Of a DNA stretch of 64,000 nt, positions 1 to 13,090 are shown one piece after another; position 1 is the first letter of the stretch, and each line of letters opens with the position of its first letter. A program made the position numbers and the translations under genes. Source of the stretch: Ministeria vibrans ATCC 50519 (taxonomy: Eukaryota; Protista; Filasterea); the NCBI GenBank assembly GCA_943704425.1, contig CALSCP010002097.1:1-64000 (forward strand), read 5' to 3'. A model generated the notes under the pieces. The model did no database searches. It worked only from the letters and a program-made list of their open reading frames with translations, and was not told where the DNA came from.

Positions 1-422
1 CTGCTGGTAGCGTGTTCTGCGCTCATTCTCTCGATCCTGAAATACGATTTGTCCAGGATCAGAAGAGACAAATCAAGGGCACAATTCTTGACTTTATCGA
101 CTGATCTTCCTTACGAGTACGCCAATATGATATACAGAGTGAATCACGCAAGATATAGGAGAGAGTTTATAATGAAATTACTGAGTACTGACAAAAAATA
201 CTGGTAGTGGTATTTAGTTTGATCAGCGGCCTCGCCAGTACGTCCTGTTGATCACCCCCGTCACCCTCAGTACGTGTTTTCATAGGATTACCGGTAGGTA
301 TTCAAAAATACTGAAATACTGTACCTAGTATTCCGAGGGCCTAAGTCTGTCTGACAGGAGTAGAAAGTGTGCATTTCCGAAAAATAAATTATTTCGATTT
401 TCATGTTCCCTCTCTTTCACGC

Positions 423-424
<2 letters not shown>

Positions 425-516
<92 letters not shown>
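425..516. repeat. (CT)n microsatellite
   Basis: Pure CT dinucleotide run downstream of the EGF-protein stop; it generates the spurious ERER/LSLS ORFs. Confidence 0.95.
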
Positions 517-518
<2 letters not shown>

Positions 519-602
519 TTTTCGCTTCTCTCTTTCCTTTTTTCCTTTTTCTCGTCGGGGACATTTGTATCGTCAACTTCACAGGCACACGCTCAGCACT
601 TG

Positions 603-3600
603 TCAGCAGTCAGCGGAAGAGCGCCTAATATCAGTAAGCGGAAACGCAGACTGAGGTAACGATTGAGGCATGTTCATGGAAGGCACTGATCGTATTGGAT
701 GCGCAAAACCTTTCCGCGATTTCCGGTACAACAGAATAATAACCACGACAGCTGCCACTAAGCACACAGCAAGAATGGCTATGGCAGCAATAAGACCAAT
801 GGATCCGGACGAAGAGCTACCGTTAGCCCCCACTCCACTCGCACCGGCAGCCCCACTGACGGCTGTTCCACACGAGGCACCCTCAAAGCCATTCACACAC
901 GCACACACCCACGCATTGGACGACAGCTGCGTGCCGCATGTGCCACCGTTTTCGCAGGGACTGCTGGAGCATGCATCCACGACCGGTGCTGCCACGGCTA
1001 CACTGCACGAGACACCCTCAAAGCCACTCGCACACGCACACACCCACGCGTTGGACGACAGCGAAGTGCCACATGTACCACCGTTTTCGCAGGGACTGCT
1101 GGAGCATGCATCCACGACCGGTGCTGCCACGGCTACACTGCACGAGACACCCTCAAAGCCACTCGCACACGCACACACCCACGCGTTGGACGACAGCGAA
1201 GTGCCACATGTACCACCGTTTTCGCAGGGACTGCTGGAGCATGCATCCACGACCGGTGCTGCCGCGGCTACACTGCACGAGACACCCTCAAAGCCATTCG
1301 CACACGCACACACCCACGCGTTGGACGACAGCGAAGTGCCACATGTACCACCGTTTTCGCAGGGACTGCTGGAGCATGCATCCACGACCGGTGCTGCCAC
1401 GGCTACACTGCACGAGACACCCTCAAAGCCACTCGCACACGCACACACCCACGCGTTGGAAGACAGCGAAGTGCCACATGTACCACCGTTTTTGCAGGGA
1501 CTGCTGGAGCATGCATCCACGACCGGTGCTGCCACGGCTACACTGCACGAGACACCCTCAAAGCCACTCGCACACGCACACACCCACGCGTTGGAAGACA
1601 GCGAAGTGCCACATGTACCACCGTTTTCGCAGGGACTGCTGGAGCATGCATCCACGACCGGTGCTGCCACGGCTACACTGCACGAGACACCCTCAAAGCC
1701 ACTCGCACACGCACACACCCACGAGTCGGCATTGACACCGCATGTGCCACCATTAGTACAAGGGCTGGAAGAGCATAACAAAGATACACTTTGTTCACAA
1801 ACGTACATGCTCGTGTTCACACTGCCGCACAAGAGCCCGCCACACGGGTTCCCCACGCATGGATTGTGTTCGCTCTCAAGCACAAAAACGCCAGCATAGA
1901 GCGGCAGGTTGAACGGCGTGCAATCAGGACACGCAATCACGGACACTTCAATGTCGAAAGGAACCTGTTGTTGAAACGCGGGCACAGGTGGAAACATGAT
2001 GGTCACATTGTTGCCCGACAGGACAATCTCGCCCGCCTGCACTAGTGCAGATGCTAATGTATCCCAAGAGCCTTCGCCTCCCCCAGTCACAGTCCAAGTG
2101 CTTGTCAAGTTGCCGAGAAAAGAAGAACTCGAGTCAGCAACCCACGTGATGACATTTCCAAACGGAGAGTCAAGCACAAGCGTAAGGTTCCACCCACCAA
2201 AGCGCACACGGTCTGCATTCACCAGAGTCGCAGAAGGCAAGAGTGTGGCAGTAACAGACGCGGGGTCCAACGGCGTCGCCGAAAGCGACACGTTGGTCGC
2301 ATCCAGTAAATTAGATATACCGCGAACAAGGGATGTAGTGGAAGACAAGACAAGTCCTGTGGAGCCTCTTTTCGCAAACTGCTCAGTGACCACATCCAAA
2401 AGAGACATGGCATTCGAGGGCATGCCAACAACAACCATCTGATTGCTTGCGTCCGTGATTGAGCGACGCTGCCCAGTACTACCGGGTGCCACTTCTGTAA
2501 TATTAAACAGAACATCGTCCCCAAGCTGCAGTTCAATCTCCGAAAGAAGATCAACTTCGACGTCGACATCAAGATTGATTGCACCGTTCACCCCTTGCGG
2601 CCACTTCAACAAGAAGAAGATGTACTTTGCGCCCATGGGGACGTCGATGATGCTTGAAAGAGCAGGTACTCCGGCAAACGGCCCCGTGATGCTCTCGAAT
2701 GACACTTCCACAATGGCTCCAGTTGGTTGGCTAATGTTCGCGGCAAGCTGCAGTGTGCTGTCGCTAGAGCGAGGCAATAGCACGCGCACAATTCGGGTGC
2801 CTGATTGGGGGCGTGTCAAAAACACATCTTCCAGGTAGCTTGGCGAGCCAATCGCTTCGACTTCGACCACGCGGACAGACCCAGAGCGCACAGCACACTC
2901 ATTCATGGTCAGTAGCGCACCAGAGGCACTTGTTTGCACAAAAAGACTGGCAGGCACCAGCACAGTGCAAGCCCCAGCGGAGTTGATGGACACGGACAGC
3001 TGCGTAACCTGTCCACTGCCGCCCCCATCCGACACCCATGGTACAAGTGCTGATGAGGCGGTGGCACACTGCGCGCCCTGGAATCCGATAGGACAGTCAC
3101 ACCTGTAGCCAAAGAGAAAATCATGGCACGTTGCTCCGTTCGCACATGGTGCTGACGCACACGCACCACTGCGGCTCTCACAAACATAGTCATTGGTCGT
3201 GTTGTACATCAGTGTGCCCATCACTGTGCTGTGCATGCAAAACACTGGAGAAACTGTAGGGGAAAACGTGAGATGCACAGTGATGTCGGTTCCAACCGCA
3301 AGCGATGCTCTGGGAATGACCCAACTTTGCTCTTCAAAGGTGCAATCGAAGGTACTGGTGGTATTAGAAAATGCACTCTGGGGGCCTAGCACAGTCACTG
3401 CGCCCACTTTCACCGTCACTGTCGCAAACTCGTTGCTTCGCCCAAAGTCTCCGTTCGTTCGCAACCACAATCTTCCGTCGGATGATGGAGGTGCTGTTAC
3501 TGAAAACTCCAAGGTCATGGGTTGCGATGTGTCTGCAGTCCCGGAGAAAAGTTTCCGTTGTGATTGCGCGACCTCTCCAGCAACACACGTCCCGCCATTG

Positions 3601-6600
3601 CCACATGAGATACCAGCACAGGCGCTTGTGGTGGCACACTGAGGTCCGGAACGATCGGAATTGCACTCGCACACGTACGCAGACACGGGCGCAAAGGACA
3701 AAGAGACAGTGAAAACCCCATCATGCAAGGAGACTGCCGCTGAGAAGGACACAAATATCCAAACTGTTTTCCCAGCAGAAAATAACTGTTTGGGCACCGT
3801 AAGTGTGCGCGATATGATAGCATAGTCAGTTGTCTGCCCGCTGAAAATGTCAGTCGCGGTGAACGTGGTCGTGCTTCCAGTGGAATACACTTGAATCGAG
3901 GCGCTTTCCCCGCGCTGGCCAAAACCTCCATCAGTTTGCAATGTGATCAGAACATCCTGTGAAGCCGACTCGGTCGGGGTGAGTGGGAAGGTGAGGAATG
4001 GGTTCACGCTCGAAAAAGGCTGCGTTATTTCAAATGTGTAGTTGCCAAGACACACACCTCCATCACCGCAAGGGCGTGTAGCACAGGCAGGCGTCGGCTC
4101 GACTACAACAGCCACATGGTTGCTGCTCAAGTCAGACAGACCAGCAGCTCCAATGGTCACGGCACGCTGGTGTCCAGTGCGTGAGAGACTGGTTACATTA
4201 CTTTCCAGAGTGTCAAGAGAGACGGAAACAACTCTGCTGGCTGTCGTGGTGCAAGTGCACGCGGTCGAATGGACAGCAACACAAAAAACCCGCGCAACGA
4301 TGGCATGGTGGAGAGCAAATTGGGCAGAGGGGACAACAGCATGCACACCCAGGCTGACAGAACTTTGTGCCGGCGCATCAACTAGCACAGCAGGATTCCA
4401 GGAGTCGGGAGTAAGAATTTTCAATGATGGTGTGCCTTGGGTGCACTCAACACGAACAAGCACGTCCTCAGCAGGCGGCGATGCATCCACAAACACGGAA
4501 TCGACAAACAATTCCAATTGCGCTGCAGTTTCCAACCCATACATTGTCACGTTAGTACTTTGGTACATTGCTCCCACGGCCAAAGGAAACAGTCGTAGAG
4601 ACACCGTGAGCGAGGTTATGGACATAATATCCTCAGTGGACTGCACACATATCAAGGCAAACACACTGTCTGGGCCGGGTACAATGGCAAAATTGTTTAA
4701 ATAGCCATTGTTAGTTGAGATGGCTGTCATCGCCCCGGTCACGCAATCAATCGGCGAGGTCGGTCGCGTAGTAAAAAATTTGACACGGATCACAGCCTTA
4801 GCAGGATTCGCAGCAGCAACACTGAAGACAAGCTGCGCAACTTGATTCGGCGGGATGGGCAGCAAGTACCGGTTCCATGACGTTTTGCCTGCCTTAAACG
4901 CGGGTATCACTTGCCCGCCACTCGCAAGCTCAAGGAGGTCCTTGTTCAGAACGTCGTCGGGGACAAAAGTAAACTTGAATGACACACGACCATTGAACGT
5001 AGTAACAGTAATGTCGTTGCAAACCTGGTTCGGATCAGTCCAGCAAGTTGAATTCTTCAAATAAAAGTAACCAGACACAATCTGATCGTCGGGCCACCAG
5101 GAAATATCCTGCCATGCTTTGAAAATGACAGCGTCCTTGTCAATATCAAAGTCAGACACAACAGCATTGCTGCACGGCACACTTTGTGCGCCAGTGCCGG
5201 TATTTGTAGCAGTAATTTTATAACTGCCACCCACCCAGAACTCAACATATGTGTTAGGATTTGAAAAATCAGTACCTGTAACACAAATTGTCAGGCGCCC
5301 AGTGTTGCTCTGATCGCTGTCAATGACTGCAACGGACGCTTGTCGCATCGCTGTGTGTGATTTACGGCACAACGTCGCTTCCGATGTTCCACTCACACAT
5401 CCACTGCAAAGTTTGCACGTGAAGGGACGTTCCGTAAAAAGATTGGACCAATCGAGGCTCATTTTGGTGCTGTCATAGGCATCACCAATAGGATCAAGAA
5501 AGAGCAAGTCAAGTCCCATTGCGTATTTCCCGCCGTATCCAGTGGAATACCCAAATGCGTTAATTGAATCTCCGGCACCAAACCCTTGCAAAGCACAGCT
5601 GCTCTCTTGCGTGCTCTCAGTCACATTGCACACTTTAGCGCACGTACTTTTCTCCTCTGCGTTAAAGCGTAAATACAAGAACGTTTGGAATCGTACTTCG
5701 GCAACCTCGAAAGACGCGAAAAAAAACGTCGCGTCCCCCGTAAGAAACACAATGGGAACAAGACCAATTGCGACATCAAGACTTGCGGGTCCTCCCACTC
5801 CAGGGAGCCGAGAAAGGGTGGGGCCAACGCGATTGAACTCATAAGGTGCCTCAAAGATACGTTTGAAGCCGCCGTCAGCATAGGCAGCACCAAATTCGAA
5901 CTTGCCTTGGGCATCCATGGAAAACTCGCTTGTCAGGCCCACATTTTTGATACTGTACGACATGGTCATATTCAGGGCCGCCTGTAGGAGCATTTACGAA
6001 TCAACAGGGAAAAGAAACAAGAGTGAGTCATGGTGTACTGAAAATAACACAATACCAACACACGCCTTTACCTCAAGTTCTATGTGGACGGGAATCCCAA
6101 GGATCGTGACATACACAGCAAAAAGGCCGCTACGAGAAATCAAATTCATTCTCTTCTCTACGTCTGTGTCATTCAGGCGAAGCTCCGCATTGTATGCGGC
6201 AGACGCTGCGGCGCTTCCTTTGATGGCGGCGTGGGCGCTTTCAACGTACGGCGTCAGTGTCCAAGACCACCCGGTGACCAAGCTGAGCTCGAATCCAAGT
6301 GTGATCTTCAGAGAGCCGCTGGTTCGCAGTTTGAACACGTTGTAGTCGAACGATTTGGTGAAGCTGGTGTTGAGAAGAGTGATACTTTTGTCCAAAGCAT
6401 ATCGGCGTTGGCGCGGCTGAGAGGTGCCTTCCTCTTCATGCTGAAGCGTACGCAACATGTGGTCGTATTCAACGTGATCATCAGCGTTGTCCGCTTGGAG
6501 GCGTTTCACACGAAAGTCCAAATGCTCAAAAGCGTGAATGGCGGAGGCAGGGCGCAAGTGCACCTTCAGTGTGACCAGTCTCTCGTCTTGCGTTGTAGTG

Positions 6601-7213
6601 TTGATGTCCATTGCAGCGAGTATAGTGGCCTTGGAGACACGGCCTGCTCGCACAGGCTGGCGCGCTCTTGCATAGACCCACTCAGGCAGGGGCATTTCGT
6701 CGATGGTGAGGGGGCGTTCCTCAATGCGCATGATCGAGACGCGATCCACAAACCCATGGAAGGGTCGGCTGGCGTCCTCGTCACCAGAACGCGAGCATCC
6801 AAATACATCGGTGCCATGAACAAACGCGCCCGGTGGGAACATGGCGGTCACATCAGCATCGCTATGAAGAAGCAAACGAAGAATAAAAATAAGCGGAACC
6901 CCATGGCATGGCGCGCTGGCGACGTTACTGCTTTTGCTCACCTTTTGTCTTGGGCACGCACAGCAACAGTCAGAGTGCTCTCATCGGCTCCACAACGCAC
7001 CGTGGCCACCGTCTGCTGTGAGGCCAGCTCGTCCACGTTGACAAATACAATGTTGTGTCGCTTGGTGGCGCGGTACGACAGAATCATGATGTCTGAGGAG
7101 CCGTCGTCGGCATAAGAGATGTGTCGCTGGCGGCGTCCAGTTGCGGCGGCGACGGTGGGGAGGAGGGCGCAGATGCACGCCGCCAGCAGCAGAAAGAGGA
7201 CACAGGGTCGCAT
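603..7213 (-). CDS. ~2150 aa type I membrane protein: signal peptide, C2-like domain, multiple EGF repeats, TM, short cytoplasmic tail
   Basis: Three ORFs join in frame via GT-AG introns 6862-6941 and 5982-6071. Signal peptide MRPCVLFLLLAAC; C2-like NTYVEFWVG...FKAWQDISWWPDDQI; EGF CxxxPCxNGGTC...CxC.xGF.G..C; TM IGLIAAIAILAVCLVAAVVVIILLY followed by RKSRK. Confidence 0.85.
877..1770 (-). repeat. Coding tandem repeat, 135-bp unit (45 aa EGF + linker), 6 near-identical copies plus 1 diverged
   Basis: ctgctggagcatgcatccac recurs at 961, 1096, 1231, 1366, 1501 and 1636. Confidence 0.95.
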
Positions 7214-7327
7214 CGGGTGCGAATATAAGCGAAGAATGGTACGGACGTGTGCTCTATTTATTCTCTAACCCTATACGTGGGGGGAGTAGGAGTGGATGAG
7301 ACGTGGCTTGTACAAAGGCGCCACCAC

Positions 7328-7590
7328 ATTTGCGCTCTCTCTCTCTCTCTTGGAAAAAGTTCCGCAGACGCCTACAATCATATTATGCGCTCTCTCTCTT
7401 TTGGAAAAAGTTCCGCAGACACCTACAACGCCATTTGCGCTCTCTCTCTCTCTTTTGGAAAAAGTTCCGCAGACGCCTACAATGCCGTATTATGCGCTCT
7501 CTCTCTTTTGCAAAAAGGAAAAAAAAAGTTCCGCAGACGCCTCCATTTGCGCTCTTTCTCTTTTGGAAAAAGTTCCGCAGACGCCTACAA
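7328..7590. repeat. Five-copy ~50-60 bp upstream repeat array
   Basis: Unit TGCGC(TC)n-TTTTGGAAAAAGTTCCGCAGACGCCTACAA with short variable linkers; the fourth copy is degenerate. Confidence 0.9.
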
Positions 7591-8996
7591 TGTGTGTGCT
7601 TGCACGCGCTCTAACTGATGCAAAGTAATGAGGACGAGATCGGCAAAAGAACGCGCCGGCCAATGAAAAGTCGACAAAATTTGCAAACTCTGCGCATGGA
7701 GTACTCTTCGTACAAGAAAATGTCAACACCACACACCATTCTTAGCACCAGTAGGTCAAAGTGCACATGATTGTATGAAGTACACAGAGCGAGACACACA
7801 AGAGCAACGAGGGATCACCATAAGTTGAGAGAAACAATTTCGAAACAATGGAGAAACAATGCCCATCGCACACCAACAAACGCTTTTAAAGTTCGTCACA
7901 CACACGCACAAAAACCATTGAGCAATTCTTTCACATTACGCGTTAAAGAAATAAGGGCAGAAGCCTTGCCACGGGCCTTTCAAATCGTAGAAAAAATAAT
8001 TTGGAATTTTGGATTTTGGATTTTTATTTTTTACGTTTTAGACGAATTGTAGACTCGAGAATTTTTCTCTAATTAACTTTGGAGCGCCGCGGAATCCCGC
8101 ACAAACTTCTCATGCCTCTGCCGCGCGCATGAGAGGGTACTGTTATTACTGTATAGTGTATACTGTAAGGTGCTTAAATTCCTTCTGCTAGGGTCTACTC
8201 GACTTTTGAGCCCGCGTCGGCTGAACGTCGGCTATTATATTTTCACATTTTTGACCAGGTAGAATCGCAAAATTCTGCAACAGATAGTAAGGTTAGTGCT
8301 ATATATGATACGTCGTGAAAGAATAAAGGATCAAAAAGTACTTTTTATGTCGAATCTACTCCGAGTCTAAAATTCGATTCAAATTCGATTGTGTAAAATT
8401 CGTGTAAATTATTAGAAGAAGAAGAAGAATGCAACCCATTTATTAATGGTACAGTCACCACGCAAAGACACAGCCAGACCGAAGAAAAATACAACCCATT
8501 TATTATTAACAAAAAATTGCAATTTCATTGCAATCCCAACGAAAATAATAATGAAAAATCGTCCATTTTTTTTTCGTTGATGTTATCTTATCGCTTATCA
8601 TTCACTTTTATTTGTTTTTTAGCATTGGCACTTTCGCCAGTGCCCAATTCCCACTAACTCTCAACATTATCTAAGTTCTAACAGCTTTGCGAACAGTCGT
8701 TTGGTGGCAGCAACGCTAACAAAAAAGAAAGTTCGTCCATATTTTACACAAGACTATGCCAACGTTCACGACGACACATATGCCCTCTATTTCTCTACAA
8801 TTGCTTAATAGCTACAACTAGTTGCTTTTCCTTCTCTTCATTATCATTATTATCGCCTGTTTCTTTAATAATTTGACTCAGCTTATTGTAATGTAATAAT
8901 AATTTTTTTATTATTAATATTTTTTTATACGCACGCAAAAGAAAGGTGCATTCATACTCATGGATGACTAACGTTGATTATTATGTATGTGTAGAC

Positions 8997-10837
8997 ATGA
9001 CGTCTGAATCCACCCTGCCGCTCATGTCTGTTCACAGCGACGCTGCTCCTGTAAGCACGTGCAATACGTGCCCGGGCTCAGCCGTCTGCTACGAGTTCCC
9101 CAATCGCCCTCTTGCGCACAAGCGCATAAAACGATTGTACTTTGCTCCTTTCGCCCAACAGGATGGCGCAGTCCCCGAAGTCAGCCAGAAACTCATTGCC
9201 GCTATCGTCCCCGTCTACAACGAACGCCCCGCTGATCTCAAGCGAACCCTTCTCTCGTTGCAAGCAACAGTGGAGCACGCCAATCGAAAACGTCTGCACG
9301 TTGCGGATGAACAATACGCTCTCAAAATTCTCGTTGTGCAGGTACGACATTTATGGCGCATGCGTACACTTCCTAGATCTCTGATTACATTTCAATAATT
9401 CTTATAATTGTTCGTCTTTTTGATTTATGCCCATGTTCGTGTGCCAATAGTCGTGTTGTGTCATGAATAATAACAAAATATATAATTATAAAACTTTCGT
9501 AAAAAATATATAATTATAATTATATTAATAAAATAATTTTTATTTTCCCTTTCAGGATGGCTGGGAGAAACGCTCTCGAGGCATGGAGAGCTTCATCTCA
9601 GCAATTTTTGGTATTGAAAATTGTCCCTTGCGTTTGAAGGTGGACGACGCACTGCACGCCATCATGACTCAAGTGCCCTTGGAGGAGAACGGTCGTCAGA
9701 TGTACTGGACGGACGTCCTGAGTGAGTTGCAGCAGTGCAGTCACCAAGTGCCGCACTCGTCGCTTGTGCTGTCGGGCAAAGCGTACTTGGCGGCCGGCAT
9801 CAAACTCGACGTCTCCTTTCTCATCAAAGTTGATAATCGAAAGAAGCACAACAGCCATCACTGGTTCTTCAACTCGTTTGTGGAAGAATGTGGTGCCGAC
9901 TATGCCTTTGCCACTGACTGCAGCACGGTGTACGACACGGACATGATGCATCATCTGCTCACAAAAATGGAGTCCAACCCGTGCTTCTGCGCTGTGACAG
10001 CGCGCCAGCGAGTGATGACATGCGCCATGCAGCAGCGGTACAAAGACCCGCAGTTTGACGACGACGATGACGACCACAACGGCAGCAACCTGACCAACAC
10101 GCAAGCATTGCCGACCGAGGAGGACGACGTCGCTGAAGACGCTAACTTCCACATGGTGAGCCCCCAAAATGATGAAGAAATCAGCTTGGCAGAAAAAGAC
10201 GCGGCTGGCAGCGCCTCAAACTCAGAGTCAGAGCCTTGCTTCCCACTGAGTACCAAACCACGACCCGCAAACATTGGCGAAAGCAACTCGTGGAGTCTAA
10301 AGCCACTGGACAACGAAAGTATTGGTGACTCTTGGCTGCGTGCGGTGCAACGCTTTGACTTTGAGTCATCCTTTGAGTCTTTCATGGGCGCCTTTTCGAC
10401 AGTCGGTGTGCTTCCAGTCCTGCCGGGTCCTTGCGGTCTCTACCGTGTTTCCGACTTGATCACGCCGTCGCAGGCCGCCTCCAAGGTGTGGACAGAGAAC
10501 GCACGCGCCAGCGAGGCCATCAAGCCGCGCGAGCACGGCGTTGGTGTCACTCCCCTCGACTGGTACTTCCAGGTGGTGACGCACACCAACCCCAAGATGG
10601 TGCTGGGGAACCTCCAGATTGCCGAGTGAGTTTTCAAAACAGGGGCAAAAGCTGCCGACTTTGGGTGTTAAACTTTTCCCCTATGTGTTACACAGAGATC
10701 GCATCCTATCGTACGCCTCGGTGCTCTTTGGACATCGCAATGATGCGTGGCAAACAGTGGTGCCTCAAGCGCGATTTTTCTTCGAGGCCGAGACGGATCT
10801 CTCACAGCTCGCCTTCCAGCGACGCAGGTAAGACACA

Positions 10838-10882
<45 letters not shown>

Positions 10883-12008
10883 TCATCAACTTCGAGAGCA
10901 CCGCGCAACAACCATTAAAAATTTTTTTCAACGCTTCCTTCACTTCAGATGGGTCAACGGAACGTGGGCAGGCTACGCCTACTTGCTTGGCGAAGGTTTG
11001 CTGTGGAAGTCAAATATGTCGCTGCCACGCAAGATTGGCGCGACCATCCTCTTTGGCTTTCAGCTGCTCATGTTTTTGGGGGTTGCACTAGCACCAGCCG
11101 TCTTCCAGATTGCCTTTATGTATGCGGTGCGCAAGCTGCTGACGGGCGACCTGCTGGAAGACGTGATCATTGGCGCCAACGCACTCTTGTACGTGGGCTT
11201 TGTCGTGGCCCACGTCCGTGACAAGTTTATCCCGTGGCTTTGGTACCTCAGTATTTTCCAGAATTTCATCACAATGACAGCAGTCATCGCTGTGATTGTC
11301 AAAATGGCGATCAGCGGCGAACTCTCGCTGACACCAACCGCCGACGATGGTGTGGTGTCCACCGGAGTGATGCTCATCATCAGTGGTGCCTTGATCGTCA
11401 CGCCCATGATCACATCGCTGGTCAACACCTTTTCAGACGACCTGCCGGTCGCACACATGCTTGCCGCCTTCATTCCATTCCTCTTCTTCCAGCCGACGCT
11501 TGTCATGACCATCAGCGCGTATGCCTTTGCGCGCACCTTTGACCTTACATGGGGAAACAGGCCCGAGGCAGGCGTGACCATCCAGCCGTCGCTGCCGGCC
11601 GACGGCGAGGCACTCGTGCACCGCATTGCCATGATCCAGTACGAGGGACAACCCGACGTGGTCAAAGCGGAGAACAAGCGCTGGTTGGAGAGACAGAGAC
11701 GCTACAACCGCGGCGACGAGTTCAAGGCACGCTCGCTCATGGTGTGTATATTCCTTGTGGTCACCAACATTCTCATTTTGCTTCTGGCCAACGAGTACAA
11801 CGACCGCAACTACGTCGTGTTCGCGCTCTCCTTCTTCTGCATCGTCTTTGGTGCACTGCAACAGCCCCTTTCGCTCGTCTTCTTTTGTTACAGTCGCTTG
11901 AGTCGCCTGTTCTACGCCGCCTGGCTCTCATACTTCCACTGGGACGCCAACCGCCGCATGCGCCTGGGAACGTACCCGCTGCGTAAGGAATATAATCCAC
12001 TGCAATAA
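8997..12008 (+). CDS. Chitin synthase (GT2), 4 exons
   Basis: Introns 9342-9555, 10626-10695 and 10828-10948 restore VVQ|DG, NRKKHNSH, VLPGPCGLYR, NLQIAE|DRILS and QRRR|W; multi-TM C-terminus with TWGNR. Start codon uncertain. Confidence 0.9.
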
Positions 12009-12121
12009 AATGAAACAAACACTTTTTTTTTTCAATTACATACATAATTATATGTTTTGTTAATTTCTTTGTTTTCACAACAATGATCATTCCAACCTGG
12101 AAGGAAAGGAAGGAAAGCGCT

Positions 12122-12801
12122 CTATTGTATCACAGCGGACTGGCGCAATCGAGCCAAGCGGTCCGCTTCGTAATGAAGGCTTGTCGAGAGCACCTCGTCG
12201 GTGTGTTGGCCAAGCAGAGGAGGAGGAAGGCGGATGGACGGGGGTGTGAGGGACATTTTAACAGCGGGAGAGACAAGGCGAATGGGACCTGCACTGGTGT
12301 GCTCGACAGTGGAGACGAGTCCACGCGCAAGCACTTGTTCATCTTGGAATGCCTCTTCAATAGTATTGACGGGTGCGCAGGGGATCCCATTGCAATGCAG
12401 CAGTGGCAGCCAGTGAGCGCGCGGGTGCGCTGCAAGTGCCTTGGTCACAAGGGGAATGAGCTGCGAACGGTTGCGCACTCTCTGGGCATTGCTGTGGAAG
12501 CGTGGGTCATCGCTGCGCACTGCTGGGTGTGCAAGTAGACTGCAGAAGCGAGAGAACTGACGATCGTTGGCAACAGCAACGACCATGGGGTGATCTTTGG
12601 TGTTGAGCATCTGGTAAGGCACAATGCTCTCATGTGCAGTGCCCAGCGGTCGCGCCTCCTGCGCCGCATTGAGCCAGTTGCTACCAATGTTGACCAACGA
12701 TGCAACGCTGCAGTCCAAGAGCGCCGCGTCAATGTACTGTCCCCCACCGCGGTTTCGACCGCCGCCCGTGCGCTCACGATAGAAAAGCGCTGCAAGAATA
12801 C
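12122..12801 (-). CDS. CaiB/BaiF family III CoA-transferase (SUGCT-like), C-terminal half only
   Basis: GQYIDAALLD, GTAHESIVPYQ, GIPCAPVN and PPLLGQHTDEVL motifs; the N-terminal half is not found upstream of the poly-A run. Confidence 0.8.
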
Positions 12802-12804
12802 CTT

Positions 12805-12854
<50 letters not shown>

Positions 12855-12889
12855 GTCCCAGGGAGTAAGAAAAAGCTTACCCAAGCGAT

Positions 12890-13090
12890 TTACTGCCCCG
12901 TCTTCTTCCGTGCGTAGTAGCCGATGCAAGCAAAGATGCCGAGGATGCCGAGAACGAGGCCGAGGACGAGCGCAATTGCGTCGCCGGCGTCGAATGCTTG
13001 CGCGGGCGCCGGCATGAACATGGCGACAAGGAGGAACGCCAGGGCGAAGAAAGACATCATGCTGTCGAAGAGAGACTTGAAGGACGCCAT
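12890..13090 (-). CDS. SMIM30: Small integral membrane protein 30 homolog, 66 aa
   Basis: AFDAGDAIALVLGLVLGILGIFACIGYYARKKTGQ closely matches recalled human AVEAGDAIALLLGVVLSITGICACLGVYARKRNGQ. Confidence 0.85.
   Translation of the reverse strand: MASFKSLFDSMMSFFALAFLLVAMFMPAPAQAFDAGDAIALVLGLVLGILGIFACIGYYARKKTGQ

Noticed and set aside
1-360. TACTG/CAGTA-rich segment with an imperfect hairpin, possible transposon end
   Set aside because: No terminal inverted repeat pair, target duplication or transposase is visible, and it is truncated by the window edge.
670-1899. Long plus-strand repetitive ORFs (409 and 265 aa)
   Set aside because: Antisense shadows of the 135-bp EGF repeat.
7328-7590. 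CRISPR-like array
   Set aside because: Linkers are under about 12 nt and similar to each other, there are no cas genes, and the context is eukaryotic.
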